DNA of 64,000 bases from Acidimicrobiales bacterium (GTDB lineage Bacteria; Actinomycetota; Acidimicrobiia; Acidimicrobiales; AC-9), in assembly GCA_036270875.1 (NCBI GenBank), contig DATBBR010000051.1, positions 8,582 through 72,581 of the forward strand, written 5' to 3'. The notes under the pieces were generated by a model. The model had not been told where the DNA came from and did no database searches. It saw only the letters and a list, made by a program, of their open reading frames with translations. Position numbers and translations under genes: made by a program. Of the stretch, positions 60,977 through 64,000 are shown one piece after another. Position 1 is the stretch's first letter, and each line of letters starts with the position of its first letter.

Positions 60977-62482
60977 GTGGCCCGCTTCTTCCTGACGACT
61001 CCCATCTACTACGTCAACGACGCTCCCCATATCGGCCACGCCTACACCACGGTGATCGCCGATGCCCTGGCTCGCTGGCATCGCCTGCTCGGCGACGATG
61101 TCTTCTTCCTTACCGGCACCGACGAGCACGGTCTCAAGGTTGCCCAAGCGGCCGAGGCCAACGGTGTGAGCCCCAAGGAGTGGGCCGACCTCACGAGCGT
61201 GCGGTTCGTCGAGGCCTGGCGGCAGCTGGATATCTCCTATGACGACTTCATCCGGACCAGCGAGCCTCGTCACCATCTGGCGGTGCAGCGGTTCCTTCAG
61301 GCGGTCAAGGACAACGGCCACATCGAGCTCGGCACGTACGAGGGGCTGTACTGCGTCAGCTGCGAGGCCTACTACACCGAGGACGAGCTCGTCGACGGCA
61401 TGTGCCCCATCCACGGCCGGCCGGTCGAGCTGGTGAAGGAGGAGAACTACTTCTTCAAGCTCAGCAGTTTCCAGCAGGCGCTCCTCGACTGGTACGAGGC
61501 GAACCCCGACGCGGTGCAGCCCGAGTCCAAGCGCAACGAGGCCCTTGGCTTCATCCGCCAGGGCCTCCAGGACATCTCCATCACCCGGACGTCGCTCAAG
61601 TGGGGAGTGCCGGTGCCGTGGGACGAACGCCACGTCTTCTACGTCTGGTATGACGCGCTCATCAACTACATCACCGCCATCGGCTACGGCGAGGACCCCG
61701 ATCGGTTCGCCTCGTGGTGGCCGGCGGTGCATCACCTGATCGGCAAGGAGATCATCCGGTTCCACTGCGTGTGGTGGCCCGCGATGTGCATGGCGGCCGG
61801 TATCGATCCGCCGGCCCACTTCTTCGTGCATGGGTGGCTGCTCGTCGGCGGCGAGAAGATGTCGAAGACCAGCGCCAATCAGATCGCCCCCGCCGACCTG
61901 GTCGCGGACTTCGGTGTCGATGCGCTCCGGTACCACCTGCTCCGGGACGTGGCCCTCGGCCCCGACGGGGATTTCTCCTACGAGCGCATCGTGGCCCGGT
62001 ACAACGCTGACCTCGCCAACAACCTCGGCAACCTGGCGTCGCGGGTCACGACCGTGGTGGCCAGCAAGTGCGACGGCGTCGGGCCGGCTCCCCGAGCCGA
62101 CTCTCCGCTGGCGGTCGTCGCCGGCGAGGTGGTGCAGGCGGCGGCGGACGCGTGGGAGCGCTTCGCGCCGCACGACGCACTCGAGGCGGCCTGGAGGCTC
62201 ATCCACGAGACCAACGCGTCGCTGGAGGCCGCGGAGCCCTGGAAGCAGGATCCCGGACCGCAGGTGAGTGCCGTCCTCGGCGATGCCCTGGAGGCGCTGC
62301 GTATCGTCGCCCTGCTGACCTGGCCCGCGATGCCGGCCGCCTGCTCGGAGCTGTGGCGACGTATCGGTCTCACCGGGTCGCCGGCCGACGCCCGCCTGCC
62401 GGAGGCCGCGGCGTGGGGCGGCTATCCCGCCGGGCGGTCAGTGGAGCGGGCAGCGCCGCTCTTTCCTCGGCGCAAGGCCTGA
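60977..62482 (+). CDS. metG: Methionine--tRNA ligase (short form, no C-terminal tRNA-binding domain)
   Basis: TTPIYYVN..PHIGHAYT, TGTDEHG, CVSCE...CPIH knuckle, YVWYDALINY, KMSK and LANNLGNL. Confidence 0.96.
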   Translation: MARFFLTTPIYYVNDAPHIGHAYTTVIADALARWHRLLGDDVFFLTGTDEHGLKVAQAAEANGVSPKEWADLTSVRFVEAWRQLDISYDDFIRTSEPRHHLAVQRFLQAVKDNGHIELGTYEGLYCVSCEAYYTEDELVDGMCPIHGRPVELVKEENYFFKLSSFQQALLDWYEANPDAVQPESKRNEALGFIRQGLQDISITRTSLKWGVPVPWDERHVFYVWYDALINYITAIGYGEDPDRFASWWPAVHHLIGKEIIRFHCVWWPAMCMAAGIDPPAHFFVHGWLLVGGEKMSKTSANQIAPADLVADFGVDALRYHLLRDVALGPDGDFSYERIVARYNADLANNLGNLASRVTTVVASKCDGVGPAPRADSPLAVVAGEVVQAAADAWERFAPHDALEAAWRLIHETNASLEAAEPWKQDPGPQVSAVLGDALEALRIVALLTWPAMPAACSELWRRIGLTGSPADARLPEAAAWGGYPAGRSVERAAPLFPRRKA

Positions 62483-62498
62483 GCGAGGGAGCAGCCGG

Positions 62499-63296
62499 GT
62501 GAGCCCGCCGGTAGAGCCGGCCCGGGAGGCCGGCCCAGAGCGGTGGACTGACAGCCACTGCCACCTTCAGGACGCGGCCGACCCCGAGGAGGCGGTGCTC
62601 CGGGCGCGTGCCGCCGGCGTGACCCGCCTCGTCTGTGTCGGGACCGACGCCGCACAGTCGCGCCGGGCGCTGGCGTTGGCCGGCGGCGAGCTGTGGGCCA
62701 CCGTTGGTCTGCATCCCCACGACGCCAAGCAGGGCGTGGAAGGTGTGACCGCGCTCTTGGACGAGGTGGTCGGCTCCGATGACTCCTCGCTCGTGGCCGT
62801 GGGCGAGTGCGGGTTGGACTACCACTACGACCACTCACTGCGGGCGACCCAACGTGAGGCCTTCGCCGCCCAGGTCGCCCTCGCCCATCGGCACGGTCTG
62901 GCGCTCGTCGTGCACAGCCGGGAGGCTTGGGACGACACGCTCGCCATCCTCGAGTCCGAAGGCGTGCCCGAGCGAACCGTGTTCCACTGCTTCACCGGGG
63001 GTGCGTCCGAGGCGCGGCAGTGCCTCGAGCTCGGCGCCTTCTTGTCCTTCAGCGGGATCGTGACGTTCAAGGGCGCCGGCGACGTCCGGGAGGCGGCGAC
63101 GCTGTGTCCGGCCGAGCGGTTGCTGGTGGAGACGGACTCGCCCTTCTTGGCGCCCGTTCCGCATCGCGGCCGCCCCAACGAGCCGGCCTTTGTGGCATTG
63201 GTGGGCGCCGCTGTGGCCGAAGTGCGTGGGGAGGCTGTCGAGGATGTGGCCGCGTCGTCGTGGGCGGCGACGGCGGCGGCGTTCGGCCTGCCGTGA
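62499..63296 (+). CDS. tatD: TatD family hydrolase
   Basis: DSHCHL, GLHPH, VGECGLDY, VHSREA, FHCF and ETDSPFLAP. Confidence 0.94.
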   Translation: MSPPVEPAREAGPERWTDSHCHLQDAADPEEAVLRARAAGVTRLVCVGTDAAQSRRALALAGGELWATVGLHPHDAKQGVEGVTALLDEVVGSDDSSLVAVGECGLDYHYDHSLRATQREAFAAQVALAHRHGLALVVHSREAWDDTLAILESEGVPERTVFHCFTGGASEARQCLELGAFLSFSGIVTFKGAGDVREAATLCPAERLLVETDSPFLAPVPHRGRPNEPAFVALVGAAVAEVRGEAVEDVAASSWAATAAAFGLP

Positions 63297-64000
63297 CGCT
63301 GGGCCGGTCGGAGGTGCTCGATCTGCTCGCTCGTCACCAGCTGCGTCCGCGCCGGGCCCTGGGCCAGAACTTCGTGGCCGACGCCAACACGGTCAGGCGG
63401 GTCGCCCGGCTGGCAGGCATCGGCCCCGGCGACCGGGTGATCGAGGTGGGCGCCGGTCTGGGCTCGCTGACGCTTGCCTTGGTCGAGACGGGCGCCGAGG
63501 TGACCGCCGTCGAGGTCGATGCCGGGCTGGTCTCGGTTCTGCGGTCGGTCGCCGAGCCTGCCGGGGTCCGGGTGGTCGAGGCGGATGCCATGAGGCTCGA
63601 CTGGGCCACGGTGCTCGGGTCGGAGAGCTGGGTGCTGGTCGCCAACCTTCCCTACAACGTCGCCACTCCGCTGGTCGCGAGGCTCCTCGACGAGGTGCCG
63701 GCTATCACGCGCATGGTGGTGATGGTCCAACGCGAGGTGGGAGAGCGTCTGGCCGCGGCGGTCGGCGACCCCGCCTACGGTGCGGTCTCGGTGAAGGTTG
63801 GGTACTGGGCCACGGCCGCAGTCCTGGGCCGGGTGCCGCCGACGGTGTTCGTGCCGCGCCCGAAGGTGGAGTCGGTGCTGGTGTCGATCGAGCGCCGTTC
63901 CTTGCCCGCGGTTGATCCTGGCGTCGTGGCGCCCGAGCGGCTGTTCGCACTCGTGCGGGCGGGCTTCGGGCAGCGGCGCAAGATGCTGCGGCGCTCCCTG
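63293..64000 (+). CDS. rsmA: 16S rRNA adenine dimethyltransferase, 3'-truncated by window end
   Basis: GTG 63293 overlapping the tatD stop; LGQNFV, EVGAGLGSLT, EVD, VANLPYN, MVQREV, F.PRPKVES and FGQRRKMLR. Confidence 0.93.
   Translation, partial: MTLGRSEVLDLLARHQLRPRRALGQNFVADANTVRRVARLAGIGPGDRVIEVGAGLGSLTLALVETGAEVTAVEVDAGLVSVLRSVAEPAGVRVVEADAMRLDWATVLGSESWVLVANLPYNVATPLVARLLDEVPAITRMVVMVQREVGERLAAAVGDPAYGAVSVKVGYWATAAVLGRVPPTVFVPRPKVESVLVSIERRSLPAVDPGVVAPERLFALVRAGFGQRRKMLRRSL

Noticed and set aside
1-64000. CRISPR arrays, IS elements, integrases, prophage genes, rRNA and tRNA
   Set aside because: No repeat-spacer periodicity, transposase or recombinase motifs, terminal inverted repeats or structural RNA signatures were found by eye.

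Overview
A 64 kb, very GC-rich window from an actinobacterial chromosome (Acidimicrobiia-like is an inference from gene content, a bL37-like peptide and frequent leaderless starts). It is densely coding, with about 60 genes and no rRNA, tRNA, CRISPR array or transposase visible. Left half (1-26.9 kb): a lipid/steroid-type catabolism and storage region (P450, SDR, FadD-like ligase, two WS/DGATs, alpha/beta hydrolase, thiolase plus OB-fold partner, double CoA-transferase, amidohydrolases) and a Liv-type ABC importer with two uncharacterised partner genes. Middle: a complete rsbR-S-T stressosome operon ending in a five-domain partner-switch protein, hemH, satP-acs, dacB, MarR-MFS, and a Mg2+ module (MgtE cytosolic domains, M-box riboswitch, NRAMP-like transporter). 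Right: a GT4-methyltransferase-QW-barrel operon, xseAB, AtuA-like pair, M1 peptidase, PfkB kinase, GDPD and housekeeping genes (ychF, rsmI, metG, tatD, rsmA). The strongest hidden signal is an AhpD/CMD-family gene at 948-1466 (-) that the ORF track splits in two: it has an in-frame UGA at the second Cys of a CxxC motif (C-P-I-UGA) followed by a well-formed bacterial SECIS-type hairpin, so it is a probable selenoprotein co-transcribed with a cytochrome P450. Other items missed by the ORF track are a 27-aa bL37-like ribosomal protein, the M-box, a decayed beta-helix gene and a recurring CTGACG-N3-CGTCAG palindrome. All family assignments come from motif recognition by eye; no database search was run.
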